A DNA stretch of 24,229 nt from Minisyncoccota bacterium. GTDB taxonomy: Bacteria; Patescibacteriota; Minisyncoccia; Minisyncoccales; JAZKSW01. The notes beneath the pieces are model-generated. The model searched no databases and was not told the origin of the DNA. It saw only the letters and a list, made by a program, of their open reading frames with translations. The position numbers and the translations under genes were made by a program. Shown here one piece after another: positions 6,946-15,633 of this stretch (position 1 is the first letter of the stretch; every line of letters starts with the position of its first letter). Location of the stretch: NCBI GenBank assembly GCA_036625875.1, contig JAZKSW010000005.1:1-24229 (forward strand), written 5' to 3'.

Positions 6946-7674
6946 ATGAACATATTTATTCAAGCATTTAACGTAATTTTATACCAGCCACTATTTAATG
7001 CACTGATTTTTCTTTATCAGGTTATTCCCGATTTTGGAATAGCCGTAATTGCACTTACGGTTTTGATAAGGTTGCTACTTTATCCTTCTACTGCTAAGTC
7101 CATTAGATCTCAACAAGCAATGTCTGAGATTCAGCCTGAGATTAAAGAAATCCAGGATAAATATGACGATGATAAAGAAAAACAAGCTCAGGAAATGATG
7201 GAATTATACCAAGATAAGGATGTTAATCCTTTTTCCGGTTGTCTACCCTTGCTGGTGCAGTTACCTATCTTAATTGGCTTGTTTAGGGTCTTTTACAGAG
7301 GATTTGGACAGGAGCAGATGAAATATTTATATAGTTTCGTATCCAATCCCGGAGTGATAGATCAGAGTTTCTTGGGATTAGTTAATTTAGCTGAACCGAA
7401 TGCAGTAATGGCTGTTTTAGCGGGAGTATTTCAATTTTTTCAGACTAAAACCTCAACGGCTTCTACTCCGCAGACAGGAGACGATTCCGGATTCGGAGCT
7501 ATGTTCAAGAAACAAATGATATATCTTTTTCCGGTAATAACTGTATTTATTGTTTGGAATCTTCCTTCTGCGATTGCTTTGTATTGGGTTACCACTACAA
7601 TGTTTATGGTCGCCCAGCAGTATTATCTTAAAAATCAGAACTCAGAAGGTGAAGAGGAAACCCAAGAAGATTAA
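6946..7674 (+). CDS. yidC: Membrane protein insertase YidC (short Oxa1-type form)
   Basis: 242 aa, multi-TM. LYQPLFNALIFLYQVIP..GIAVIALTVLIRLLLYP...KSIRSQQAMSEIQPEIKEIQDKY.DDKEKQAQEMMELYQDKDVNPFSGCLPLLVQLPILIGLFRVF is the conserved YidC/Oxa1 core. Confidence 0.85.
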   Translation: MNIFIQAFNVILYQPLFNALIFLYQVIPDFGIAVIALTVLIRLLLYPSTAKSIRSQQAMSEIQPEIKEIQDKYDDDKEKQAQEMMELYQDKDVNPFSGCLPLLVQLPILIGLFRVFYRGFGQEQMKYLYSFVSNPGVIDQSFLGLVNLAEPNAVMAVLAGVFQFFQTKTSTASTPQTGDDSGFGAMFKKQMIYLFPVITVFIVWNLPSAIALYWVTTTMFMVAQQYYLKNQNSEGEEETQED

Positions 7675-7715
7675 CCCTTGCATTTAATAATTTTGTATTA
7701 TAATCTTTAATTACC

Positions 7716-8177
7716 ATGATTGACCAACAACAAACTAATAAAGTTAAGGAAATAATTAAAGGATTCTTAAACCACATGGATCTTGAGGCGGATGTTGAAG
7801 TTGGAAAACCCGATGATGATACCATCCCGGTTGATTTGGAAATGGAAAACCCTAAAACTTTAATTGGTAAAGAGGGGCGAACCTTAGCTAAGGTACAGCA
7901 CTTGCTAAAGCTAATGAGTAGAGATGAAATTGAAGGCCGTTTTTACATTGATTTGGATATTAATAATTACAAAGAAAAAAAGACCTCCTATCTTAAAGAA
8001 AAGGCAAGAGAAGTAGCGGATAAGGTTGCTTTAACTAAAAAAGAGAGACAGCTACCAGCAATGCCTCCTTATGAAAGAAGAGTTATTCACATGGAACTAG
8101 CGGATCGTAATGATGTTACGACTCAAAGTGTGGGGCAAGATCCCGAACGAAAGGTAATTATTAAACCCTATGAATAA
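7716..8177 (+). CDS. khpB: Jag/KhpB (EloR)-family RNA-binding protein with KH and R3H domains
   Basis: 153 aa. KTLIGKEGRTLAKVQHLLKLM (KH-like) and YERRVIHMELADRNDVTTQSVGQDPERKVIIKP (R3H motif). Gene order follows the usual rnpA-yidD-yidC-jag arrangement. Confidence 0.8.
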   Translation: MIDQQQTNKVKEIIKGFLNHMDLEADVEVGKPDDDTIPVDLEMENPKTLIGKEGRTLAKVQHLLKLMSRDEIEGRFYIDLDINNYKEKKTSYLKEKAREVADKVALTKKERQLPAMPPYERRVIHMELADRNDVTTQSVGQDPERKVIIKPYE

Positions 8178-8181
8178 TTTA

Positions 8182-9657
8182 TTAATTTGATTGCCGAAGA
8201 GGAATAATTCCTATACTTCCTATTTCATCATCTTCGGGATAGGTTATGACATTGTGACCTGTTAAATTCGGGTCGCTATTTTTAATTACTTTGCATTGTT
8301 CTTCAAAGGTGAAGGGGTCTATAAAGCTAGTTCCGCCGAACTTATCTTTACCCAACACTACCATAAAACTGCCTTGTATTTCTATAGATAGTATTCTATC
8401 TACAGCCTTATCTTCATCGGGATCATCGGGATCATCATGCACCTTTACGCCTAAATCACCACTTTTAATTGGGTAGTCAATTTCTTCACTCCAGAAGCGT
8501 CTGTCATGCTTATCTTCTATTGTGCTGGCATCTATTGTGAAAAAATCCCCTTCGTGACCTATTTCTTCGTAAAAAGTGACTTTCCCTTTTTTTATTTTTG
8601 ATAACCTAAGTGCAAACGGTGTGATAGATTCTGCTTCTTTGGCACCGAAATCGGACTGACTTGTTAAATCAACTGTTCGGTTTGTGCAAAAGGACATAGT
8701 ACTTCTTCCTCCACCTATACCAGGCGGGCTTCCAGCTGTTGGATCCTGGGGCATAACTCCTTTTACTGTACACTTACCTTTGTAATCGGTTTTGCCATGA
8801 AGTACTGCTCCGTAAGCAATTTCAGGAACCAGAAGGCCATCTTTGTTTTTACATTTCCCGGCACTCTTAAAAACTATTCCCCCAACCTCATTCTTATAAC
8901 CTCCCAAATCATCTTCTTTGCTAAGATAGTGTTGGTAAGGCTCTCCTGGAAAGGCAGCCATAGTACATTTATCAAAAGGATCTGAAGAGTCGTAACCCGA
9001 TTTGGGAGGATTTTTATAAAGATACACCCCCGGTTTGTTATCTTCCAGATAAAATGATTTTAATCCGCTAACACTCTCTTTCTTACCATCTTCTTCCGGA
9101 TCAGTTTTATAGTTACCTTTATAACTACAGCTTCCCTCGTATTTCTTGGAATCAAACCAAAAAGCTCCTTCAATTGCGTCTCTGATGCTCTGAAATTGCA
9201 ACTCCTCTGCCTCAAACCCTTCGGGCAGAGCCTCTTGGCTGTCACTAAAACAACATCTTGTAGAAGAACCGTTTTCGTTCTCTCCGTACAAGCAAATTCC
9301 CTGACTGGGAGTTCCGGGATCCATAGTATTTCTTAACAGTTGTGGATTGATTGTTTGTAGAAGTAAATACGACCCCAGTAAGATAACAATTGCTATTACG
9401 GCTCCCGTTATGTAGCTTTTGGCATCATCAATTCTGCTTCGATTACCTCCTGAAATTAAATACATGAAACCTCCGAACACCAAAGCGCCGAAGACTAATA
9501 AACCTCCGAGCCATAAGGACCACGTGAAAATCTTAGCGATAAGAGAAGATAAGCCACTGCCTCTTCCCAGGATCACACAATTTGCCCCTGTAACTATTGA
9601 AGGGGTAATTAAGGTGATAGTTACCAAGAAGACAATTGTTTTTTTAGTTATTCTCAT
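8182..9657 (-). CDS. Secreted/membrane protein: an N-terminal VirB2/TrbC-like (Patescibacteria 'T4SS pilin'-type) domain fused to a ~380-aa extracellular domain with scattered Cys
   Basis: 491 aa. Signal peptide MRITKKTIVFLVTITLITPSIVTGANC. Two TM segments flank GGFMYLISGGNRSRIDDAKSYITGAVIAIVILLGSYLLLQTINPQL, the GG.Y..SGG.....AK....TINPQL pilin-type pattern, and the upstream ORF shares it. The stop lies 4 nt from the jag stop, with the two genes convergent. Confidence 0.6.
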   Translation of the reverse strand: MRITKKTIVFLVTITLITPSIVTGANCVILGRGSGLSSLIAKIFTWSLWLGGLLVFGALVFGGFMYLISGGNRSRIDDAKSYITGAVIAIVILLGSYLLLQTINPQLLRNTMDPGTPSQGICLYGENENGSSTRCCFSDSQEALPEGFEAEELQFQSIRDAIEGAFWFDSKKYEGSCSYKGNYKTDPEEDGKKESVSGLKSFYLEDNKPGVYLYKNPPKSGYDSSDPFDKCTMAAFPGEPYQHYLSKEDDLGGYKNEVGGIVFKSAGKCKNKDGLLVPEIAYGAVLHGKTDYKGKCTVKGVMPQDPTAGSPPGIGGGRSTMSFCTNRTVDLTSQSDFGAKEAESITPFALRLSKIKKGKVTFYEEIGHEGDFFTIDASTIEDKHDRRFWSEEIDYPIKSGDLGVKVHDDPDDPDEDKAVDRILSIEIQGSFMVVLGKDKFGGTSFIDPFTFEEQCKVIKNSDPNLTGHNVITYPEDDEIGSIGIIPLRQSN

Positions 9658-9662
9658 AGATA

Positions 9663-12257
9663 TTATTCACGAATTAATTCTACACAGAAGAAATTATTCA
9701 TGCCTCCGTTTCTCCCTAAATTCTTAATAGCGTTTTGGCATTTATCACTTTGTTTGTTTGTTAAGCAGGCTTCTTTTTGCTCGTTGGTTAAATCCTTGTG
9801 GCTATAAGGATAACAACTGTTTTGCACATTGGGTAAACTTGGCAAGGAAAACTCGGGAGGATAACAATTATTGTAGTTGGTGATGGGGAAATTAGGTTGA
9901 ATGTCCAGTTGCCCTAATTTTAACAAATCAAGGCCCAAACTACAACTGAGTATACCTTGAAGGTTCATATTTTTTTCAGCCACTCCCCCAAAACCTGTTA
10001 AGCATCCTTTCATTTTATCTCTGCTTTGAGATAGCATAGTTATTAATTCGTGACGGTCAGGATCATCTTTTTTGAGGTCTTTTACTTTTATCAAATCAAC
10101 AATACGATTGAAAGAATTTTTAATTGTTTCTTCAGCTTCTACTACTGTATTTGTCTGATCCTTAATTGCATCCATTAAACAAGGGTTTTCAATTTTGCAT
10201 TTACACTCACAAATATCCGGTCCTGGGTCACAACAGTAGCAATTTTCTCCATCGCTGTCACAACACATCTCACAACATGCACCTTGCCCAACTACATCAC
10301 AATAAGCTTCAGAGTGGTAAGCTCCCCAGTAATCATCCGGATTATTCTGACATCTACAACTTAATGGGAGTACGTAAAGCACAGAAAGATCTCCTTGAGG
10401 CTCATCCTCTAAGTCTCCTGCCGGATCTTCTGGATTGAATAAAGCATTAGTAGCCTTTTCTATTCTATTATTAATATCTTTTAATTTGTTTAAATTTATT
10501 TGGGCGAGTTTTTCTGCATCGTCCGTAGCATCTCCAATGGGGATTAAGCCTCGCGGGTATCTGCTGTCCGGTTCGGGATCTAAAGTGGCTTTTCCCAGCA
10601 AGGGGGCGATAGAACTAGGCACTTTTTCCGAATTAGGATCCGGACAGTAAAAGGTAGCCGGGTCACCGTCTTTTTTCTCACAGGTCTGTTCCGGTTTATC
10701 ACCTTCTTTTTCGTCCTCTATTTTGCATAAAGTACAAGTGGCATCGGTAGTAGTACAAGATGAACTACCGGTTTCATTATTTAATAAATACTCTGAAGGT
10801 TTGCAGGTTTTTATTTCTCTTTTCCCTACGGTTGACGTAGCACAATCTCCCTTTTCAAGTGTATCTAAATCACAATCATAGCAAGGTAGTTTACCTTCAT
10901 CGGTAGTAGTGCAATTTTTAGCATTAAATTCTTTACAGTATTTAGTAGTTTCCACTTTGTTTTCTTCAGAACAGCTGTTTCCCCAAGAAGTTCCGCTTTC
11001 ACAGAAATCTTTTTTCTGCCATTCAGCGGGTCTTTCTTTTTTAGAGAAATAATAATTTGCCTGAGAAATTACAGTTTGGTAAGGACAATCATTTTTAAGA
11101 AAATTTTCTGCTCTTCTAAGATAAGTTAAGTCTTTTTCTAAGTCCTTTTCCAGAGGCTTTAAAAAGTTAACCATTAAAAAACGAACTTGGTCCGCTACCA
11201 ACAGTGGTTCTCCTTCACCGGAGTGATCGTCCGGGTTAATTACAGCTCTTTCGTTAAACTGTTTGGTAGTTAAGTCCTTAAGTTTATCATCGGTGTAATT
11301 CCGCCTAATTTTCTTTCTGTATTCGTCAATTTTATCTCTAAAACCATCACAAGGGTCTCCGTCTTCATAAGGGTCTCCTATGCAACTTTCCAGAGGTTCA
11401 CAGGTGCCCTGCTTGCATGATTTACTATCACAGGTTCCGTCTATGCACTCTCCTTCCACGTTGCAGTATTCAGTAGAACAATCACTTGTTAAATTTTTGA
11501 TTTTTTCAGCCCACTCTCTTAATTTTTCCATTTTCTTGTTCACGGGTTCTTCGAATTTGGTCAGGCAGTCCATTCGGTCATGTTCGGTCATGGGGTCAAT
11601 TTGTTCCGTGTCGGGATTAGCGTCTTTAAAAACAAGTAGTTCATCTTCTTCTATAAAATCATAACAATACCCTTGACGGGCGTCTTTTTGATTGACTAAA
11701 GTATCTACCTCCTTACCATCTTGACAGTCCACCATCGTCTCGTACTTCTCTCCTTTCCGGTAGCAATCTATTTCTTTCGCTAATATTTTTTCGGTTAGAG
11801 TTCCAATGGGAATTTCTTGAAAAGTAGTTGTGGCTTTTACAGTAGAAGGAGGATCGGGTTTAATTGGTGGAGTGGTAGTGGGGCTATCCACGTCAAAAGG
11901 AGTTTCTACTAGTTGGGGGTTAATAGTGGTTAATATTAAGACAGAAGTCAGTAGTAACAGAAGGCCTAAGAAAGCATGACGGGCCGTGTTTTTTGCATTT
12001 TGAATTCTCGTAGCGTTACCTCCCGAAGTTAAATACAAAATTCCTCCATAGATTAAGACTCCGGTTACTATTATAACACCTACGAACAATCCCAAACTAA
12101 AAAGGTAAGTTAAGAGTCCCGTAATACCGGCTCCCGGTTCAGGCTCCTTTACACCCGGAAGGTTGGGATAGTCTACAGCTTGCGCTAAATTAAAAAACCC
12201 TAACCCCAAAGAGATTAAGGTAAGAAGTAATAAAGTTTTATATTGTTTTTTATTCAT
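9663..12257 (-). CDS. Giant cysteine-rich surface protein: an N-terminal VirB2/TrbC-like pilin domain fused to a ~750-aa disulfide-rich ectodomain. Paralog of the downstream gene
   Basis: 864 aa. Signal peptide MNKKQYKTLLLLTLISLGLGFFNLAQA. Pilin-type segment LFVGVIIVTGVLIYGGILYLTSGGNATRIQNAKNTARHAFLGLLLLLTSVLILTTINPQL. The rest is extremely Cys-rich (CxxC/CC/CxC clusters, e.g. CCEMCCDSDGENCYCCDPGPDICECKCK) with D/E/K/T-rich linkers. Confidence 0.6.
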   Translation of the reverse strand: MNKKQYKTLLLLTLISLGLGFFNLAQAVDYPNLPGVKEPEPGAGITGLLTYLFSLGLFVGVIIVTGVLIYGGILYLTSGGNATRIQNAKNTARHAFLGLLLLLTSVLILTTINPQLVETPFDVDSPTTTPPIKPDPPSTVKATTTFQEIPIGTLTEKILAKEIDCYRKGEKYETMVDCQDGKEVDTLVNQKDARQGYCYDFIEEDELLVFKDANPDTEQIDPMTEHDRMDCLTKFEEPVNKKMEKLREWAEKIKNLTSDCSTEYCNVEGECIDGTCDSKSCKQGTCEPLESCIGDPYEDGDPCDGFRDKIDEYRKKIRRNYTDDKLKDLTTKQFNERAVINPDDHSGEGEPLLVADQVRFLMVNFLKPLEKDLEKDLTYLRRAENFLKNDCPYQTVISQANYYFSKKERPAEWQKKDFCESGTSWGNSCSEENKVETTKYCKEFNAKNCTTTDEGKLPCYDCDLDTLEKGDCATSTVGKREIKTCKPSEYLLNNETGSSSCTTTDATCTLCKIEDEKEGDKPEQTCEKKDGDPATFYCPDPNSEKVPSSIAPLLGKATLDPEPDSRYPRGLIPIGDATDDAEKLAQINLNKLKDINNRIEKATNALFNPEDPAGDLEDEPQGDLSVLYVLPLSCRCQNNPDDYWGAYHSEAYCDVVGQGACCEMCCDSDGENCYCCDPGPDICECKCKIENPCLMDAIKDQTNTVVEAEETIKNSFNRIVDLIKVKDLKKDDPDRHELITMLSQSRDKMKGCLTGFGGVAEKNMNLQGILSCSLGLDLLKLGQLDIQPNFPITNYNNCYPPEFSLPSLPNVQNSCYPYSHKDLTNEQKEACLTNKQSDKCQNAIKNLGRNGGMNNFFCVELIRE

Positions 12258-12258
12258 A

Positions 12259-12564
12259 TTAATCCTGAAGTATCTCCATTATTACGAGAATGGTCCAAAA
12301 TGGTGCAATGTCACCAAGGGCGGGAATTAATTCCCCTCCGGTAAAGCCCATCAGTTTCTTAGCACTGGTTCCACCGAACCCCATACCATCTCCCCTGACA
12401 AAGTAAAGCCAGGATCCTAGAAAGACACCTCCTAACAAATCGGGAATGAAAGAAATGCCGAAGCCTATTCCTACAAAGTCTAGTACTAAACAAGCCAGAC
12501 CTATTAAGTCCAATATCGCAGCCAAAAAGAACATCATAGTGGAACCCGGGCTAGGAAAGCTCAT
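12259..12564 (-). CDS. Small glycine-rich integral membrane protein (hypothetical; possibly a divergent pilin/VirB2-like subunit)
   Basis: 101 aa with two hydrophobic helices (FFLAAILDLIGLACLVLDFVGIGFGISFI ; IAPFWTILVIMEIL) and a G-rich loop GFGGTSAKKLMGFTGG. Tightly packed between virB4 (3-nt gap) and the 864-aa gene (1-nt gap). Confidence 0.45.
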   Translation of the reverse strand: MSFPSPGSTMMFFLAAILDLIGLACLVLDFVGIGFGISFIPDLLGGVFLGSWLYFVRGDGMGFGGTSAKKLMGFTGGELIPALGDIAPFWTILVIMEILQD

Positions 12565-12567
12565 ATT

Positions 12568-14409
12568 TTAAAATTCTCCTTGTTCTAACCTACTTTGATT
12601 TTTAGAAGATTGTTGTCCTAACTCTTTTTTGGACTCTTTAATCTTCTTAACTTCTTCCGGAGAGGTGGTAATTATTTGCTCCTCGGCATAAGAAGCTACT
12701 ACTCTTAAGCCAACGTGCTTAGGCCCTGCAAAAAACAACCCTTCTCCTACCGGAGCTTCTAATAGCATTGTTTTTTCTGCTTCAGTTAAATTAAAGGCAT
12801 CTTGAACTGCTTCGGCTCCTGAAGGTGATTGTTTCATTAATAATTGGAGAGAAGAGTTGGTAATAATAGGTTTTCCATAGTCCGACTTCATGAAATCAAT
12901 CACATCTTGAGTAATAGTGGTAACTCCAAGCCAATATTTTCTGCCTCTTTTAGCTGTGCCGAATAGGAAGGAGGCTCCATCTTCGTTCTTCATCATCCAC
13001 CATGCTTCGTCTACCACTAAAATTCTTTTCTTGAGTTCAGCTCTAATAGTGTTCCAAATGTAGCGCATAATCATGAACATGGCCATCGGCCTTAATTCAT
13101 CTTCCATGTCTCTAATACCGAAGGTAACGAGATTATTATCCATTTCTACGTTGGTCGGATTATTGAAGAATTCAGAATAACTACCTTCGGTGAATTTTCT
13201 TAATCTCCTGACAAGTGATTCTGCTCCTTCCATCGTTTCCAAAACAGATTGAAAGTCTTCCATTAGAGGGGTTCTTTCGTCCCATAAAGAGGGGTCGGTT
13301 TCGGGAGTAATATCCCGAGCGCGATAAGTTTCGGTTAGAGCTTGATCTATAATTGCATCTTCCTCGGCATTAAGTCCGCCAAGCATTATTCTTAAAAGCC
13401 CTACTAAATTAATAATATTGCTTCTCAACACGTCTGACGGCCTTTCGTTTTCTCTCGGTGGAGGGAGGTCAAAAGGGTTAACATGGTTAGGGGAAGTCAA
13501 AGACATATTGTAATAAGAACCTCCTACTGCGTCCGACAGGAATTTATATTCGTTTTCGGGATCGATTATGATAACATCCGTTCCCATCATTAAGGATCTT
13601 AAAATTTCTAGCTTCTCGAAGAATGACTTTCCGGATCCGGCCTTACCGAAAACAACCGAGTTCGCGTTTTCTAAAGAAAAGCGGTCGAACAATACCAAAG
13701 AATTATTATGTTTGTTAACTCCGTAAAGAATTCCCTCATTGGAGCTTAGATCAAAGGAAATAAACGGAAAGGCACTGGATAACGGGGCAGTATTCATGGG
13801 GTTGGTTACTCCCAATTTATCAGTTCCGTAGGGAACGGAAGACAAAAAGCCCTTTTTCTGTTGAAATAAAGCTGGCTTAGGATAAATCATCCGGGATTCC
13901 AAAATAGATCTTAGCCGGGTTTCCGAACTGTTCAAATCTTCTTTGCTTTCTCCGTAAACGGTGATATAGAGTGAGAATTGAAACATCTTTTCCCTGGCGG
14001 TCTGTAATTTATCTCTCAATTCTTCCAGGTCTTGGTAGGCAGTTTCCAGTTCAGGACTTCTTACTAATCCTTTCTCTTCTCTTTCGGCAATTTCTGATTG
14101 AACCTCTGCTGTTCTTTTTCTCAACTTTTTAAGAATTTGTTCTGAATCTTCAGGATGAATAAACATTGAAACATCCATCGGGGTGTCCATGTTGATTACG
14201 GGAGACAACCAGCCCGTACTCAGATAACGGGGATAGGAAAATACGAAGAAAGATTTAACATATCTTTCTCCTAATTTAATATTATCCTCGCTGACTTTAA
14301 TCGAAGCCGGAGCGGCTATATCTTTAGCTCCAATGGGCCGAGTCTGGAAAACCTGCTCCGGTATTTTTTCTCCTCTATTGAGTAATTTGTCCAAAAAAGG
14401 AATCTTCAT
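12568..14409 (-). CDS. virB4: VirB4/TrbE-family T4SS ATPase, C-terminal ~3/4 (middle domain plus ATPase domain)
   Basis: 613 aa. Walker A VVFGKAGSGKSFFEK. Walker B RILVVDEAWWMM. The N-terminal part YVKSFFVFSYPRYLSTGWLSPVINMDTPMDVSMFIHP aligns to the VirB4 mid-region (YVGSIYSF.EYP....PGML..L.SLDFPLVLTQSFSFL in A. tumefaciens VirB4). The ATG overlaps the upstream ORF's TGA (ATGA). Confidence 0.85.
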   Translation of the reverse strand: MKIPFLDKLLNRGEKIPEQVFQTRPIGAKDIAAPASIKVSEDNIKLGERYVKSFFVFSYPRYLSTGWLSPVINMDTPMDVSMFIHPEDSEQILKKLRKRTAEVQSEIAEREEKGLVRSPELETAYQDLEELRDKLQTAREKMFQFSLYITVYGESKEDLNSSETRLRSILESRMIYPKPALFQQKKGFLSSVPYGTDKLGVTNPMNTAPLSSAFPFISFDLSSNEGILYGVNKHNNSLVLFDRFSLENANSVVFGKAGSGKSFFEKLEILRSLMMGTDVIIIDPENEYKFLSDAVGGSYYNMSLTSPNHVNPFDLPPPRENERPSDVLRSNIINLVGLLRIMLGGLNAEEDAIIDQALTETYRARDITPETDPSLWDERTPLMEDFQSVLETMEGAESLVRRLRKFTEGSYSEFFNNPTNVEMDNNLVTFGIRDMEDELRPMAMFMIMRYIWNTIRAELKKRILVVDEAWWMMKNEDGASFLFGTAKRGRKYWLGVTTITQDVIDFMKSDYGKPIITNSSLQLLMKQSPSGAEAVQDAFNLTEAEKTMLLEAPVGEGLFFAGPKHVGLRVVASYAEEQIITTSPEEVKKIKESKKELGQQSSKNQSRLEQGEF

Positions 14410-15077
14410 TGGTTAAAATTTGATTGAGTTACTCTTTGTTGTTGATTTTGTTGAGTTATCTCGGGAGGGATTTCCGGGTAATAACCTACCTCTGCTCTAC
14501 GTGGATGATGGATGCTCCAGAATAACTCTATTATTTCCGGAGTGGTGAGGGGTACGGCTTTTAAACTACACCTTCTCAACCCCAACGCTACGAATTCCAT
14601 TCTTTGCCACAGTTGCCTTTTTGCTCTTTGGAATTTTTGCTCCGTCATTTTATGTCTTTTTGGCATTTTTCCTCCCGACTTTCGTTGTGCTTCTCTCAAA
14701 GTGTAGGGTACAACTACAAAGAAATTCTTTGACATAATGGTGTTTTTTTGTACCGTTTTATCTATAAACTTACGGTAACTTTCGGTCTGTGTTTGTAGTA
14801 ATTCATTATCTTGTTCCTTTTGTAGTTGTTCTAATTTATCTAAATAACCGGTAATGTTAAGCTGTCTGGATTTAAGATAAATTTGCAGAGGAAAATCCAG
14901 AGAGTTCAGCATTTCTTGAAATTGATAGATAATCGATTTTTTCTGGTCCGAAGTCTTTAGAGCAAAATTTAAAGAATTAACCATTAAAATACCCCTTAAT
15001 GCTTTGTTTTTCAATATGACTACTCCTTCTCTGACTTGATCAAATTTTAGAAAGTCTTGAGTTGCAGCTTCAGGCAT
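14406..15077 (-). CDS. virB4: VirB4/TrbE N-terminal segment encoded as a separate, translationally coupled ORF (split virB4)
   Basis: 223 aa. VREGVVILKNKALRGILMVNSLNFALKTSDQKKSIIYQFQEMLNSLDFPLQIYLKSRQ follows the VirB4 N-terminal pattern (I.LL.DGS..I.RI.G..FEL........F..LL......V.IY.HL.R). It ends in a TGA that overlaps the ATG of the 613-aa ORF. Combined length is ~836 aa, typical for full-length VirB4. Confidence 0.6.
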   Translation of the reverse strand: MPEAATQDFLKFDQVREGVVILKNKALRGILMVNSLNFALKTSDQKKSIIYQFQEMLNSLDFPLQIYLKSRQLNITGYLDKLEQLQKEQDNELLQTQTESYRKFIDKTVQKNTIMSKNFFVVVPYTLREAQRKSGGKMPKRHKMTEQKFQRAKRQLWQRMEFVALGLRRCSLKAVPLTTPEIIELFWSIHHPRRAEVGYYPEIPPEITQQNQQQRVTQSNFNQ

Positions 15078-15145
15078 ATTTGTGAACGAGTGAGAAAATT
15101 AAATAATTGTTTATTTATATTTTTGAAACGAGGAAGCAAGCGAAC
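15078..15145 (-). promoter_or_regulatory. virB4 promoter/leader module, copy B of the duplicated ~55-nt leader element (inverted relative to copy A)
   Basis: The minus strand reads GGTTCGCTTGCTTCCTCGTTTCA-AAAATATAAATAAACAATTATTTA-ATTTTCTCACTCGTTCACAAAT-ATG. The core 15100-15122 is the exact reverse complement of 6278-6300. It sits in a 139-nt gap inside the otherwise overlapping operon, between prgI-like and virB4-N. Confidence 0.45.
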
Positions 15146-15216
15146 CAGCGGTCGCGTAGTGACTGCTACACGACAATTTTCAAGAATTCGAGCGGAGCGA
15201 GAAGTTCTTATAATTA

Positions 15217-15633
15217 TTACTTTTTACCTGTTTTAACCTTTGTTTCCATTTCTTTTAATCGACTTTTTTGAGTCATTCTTAAAGGAGATTGTTTAGTATC
15301 GGTTTGCTGTGGTTGCTTCTTTTCTCTTTTTTCAATAATTTTAGGAGTGCTTTGCTTCTTTTTCCATAAGTAAACTTTGGAAGAAAACAAGAACGAAACG
15401 GAATGGAGAATTATCTCTGGCAAAGATTTACCGCCGACAGTGATAAAAGCTAAAGCCATTGCCACTGCAAAAAGAAGAAGAGCGGAGAGCACAAAAGGGA
15501 TTAGAGAGACAGTAAAGTAAAGGACGGCGGAAATTAAACCGGCTACTCCGATATAGGTAAATTGCTTAAAGGTCATCGGGCCTATAATTTTAGGTTCTTT
15601 TTCTATAAATTTTGGGACGCGGTAACGAGCCAT
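15217..15633 (-). CDS. PrgI/TcpE-family (VirB3-like) T4SS membrane protein
   Basis: 138 aa. MARYRVPKFIEKEPKIIGPMTFKQFTYIGVAGLISAVLYFTVSLIPFVLSALLLFAVAMALAFITV matches the PrgI-family N-terminus (..VPKD...EDKIIG.LT.RQ..Y...G, followed by two TM helices). Sits upstream of virB4, as prgI precedes prgJ. Confidence 0.65.
   Translation of the reverse strand: MARYRVPKFIEKEPKIIGPMTFKQFTYIGVAGLISAVLYFTVSLIPFVLSALLLFAVAMALAFITVGGKSLPEIILHSVSFLFSSKVYLWKKKQSTPKIIEKREKKQPQQTDTKQSPLRMTQKSRLKEMETKVKTGKK

Noticed and set aside
15151-15174. Imperfect hairpin GTCGCGTA-GTGACTGC-TACACGAC downstream of prgI-like as an intrinsic terminator
   Set aside because: 7/8-bp stem with no following T-tract on the minus strand. 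Insufficient for a terminator call; it may be part of the leader/regulatory region.
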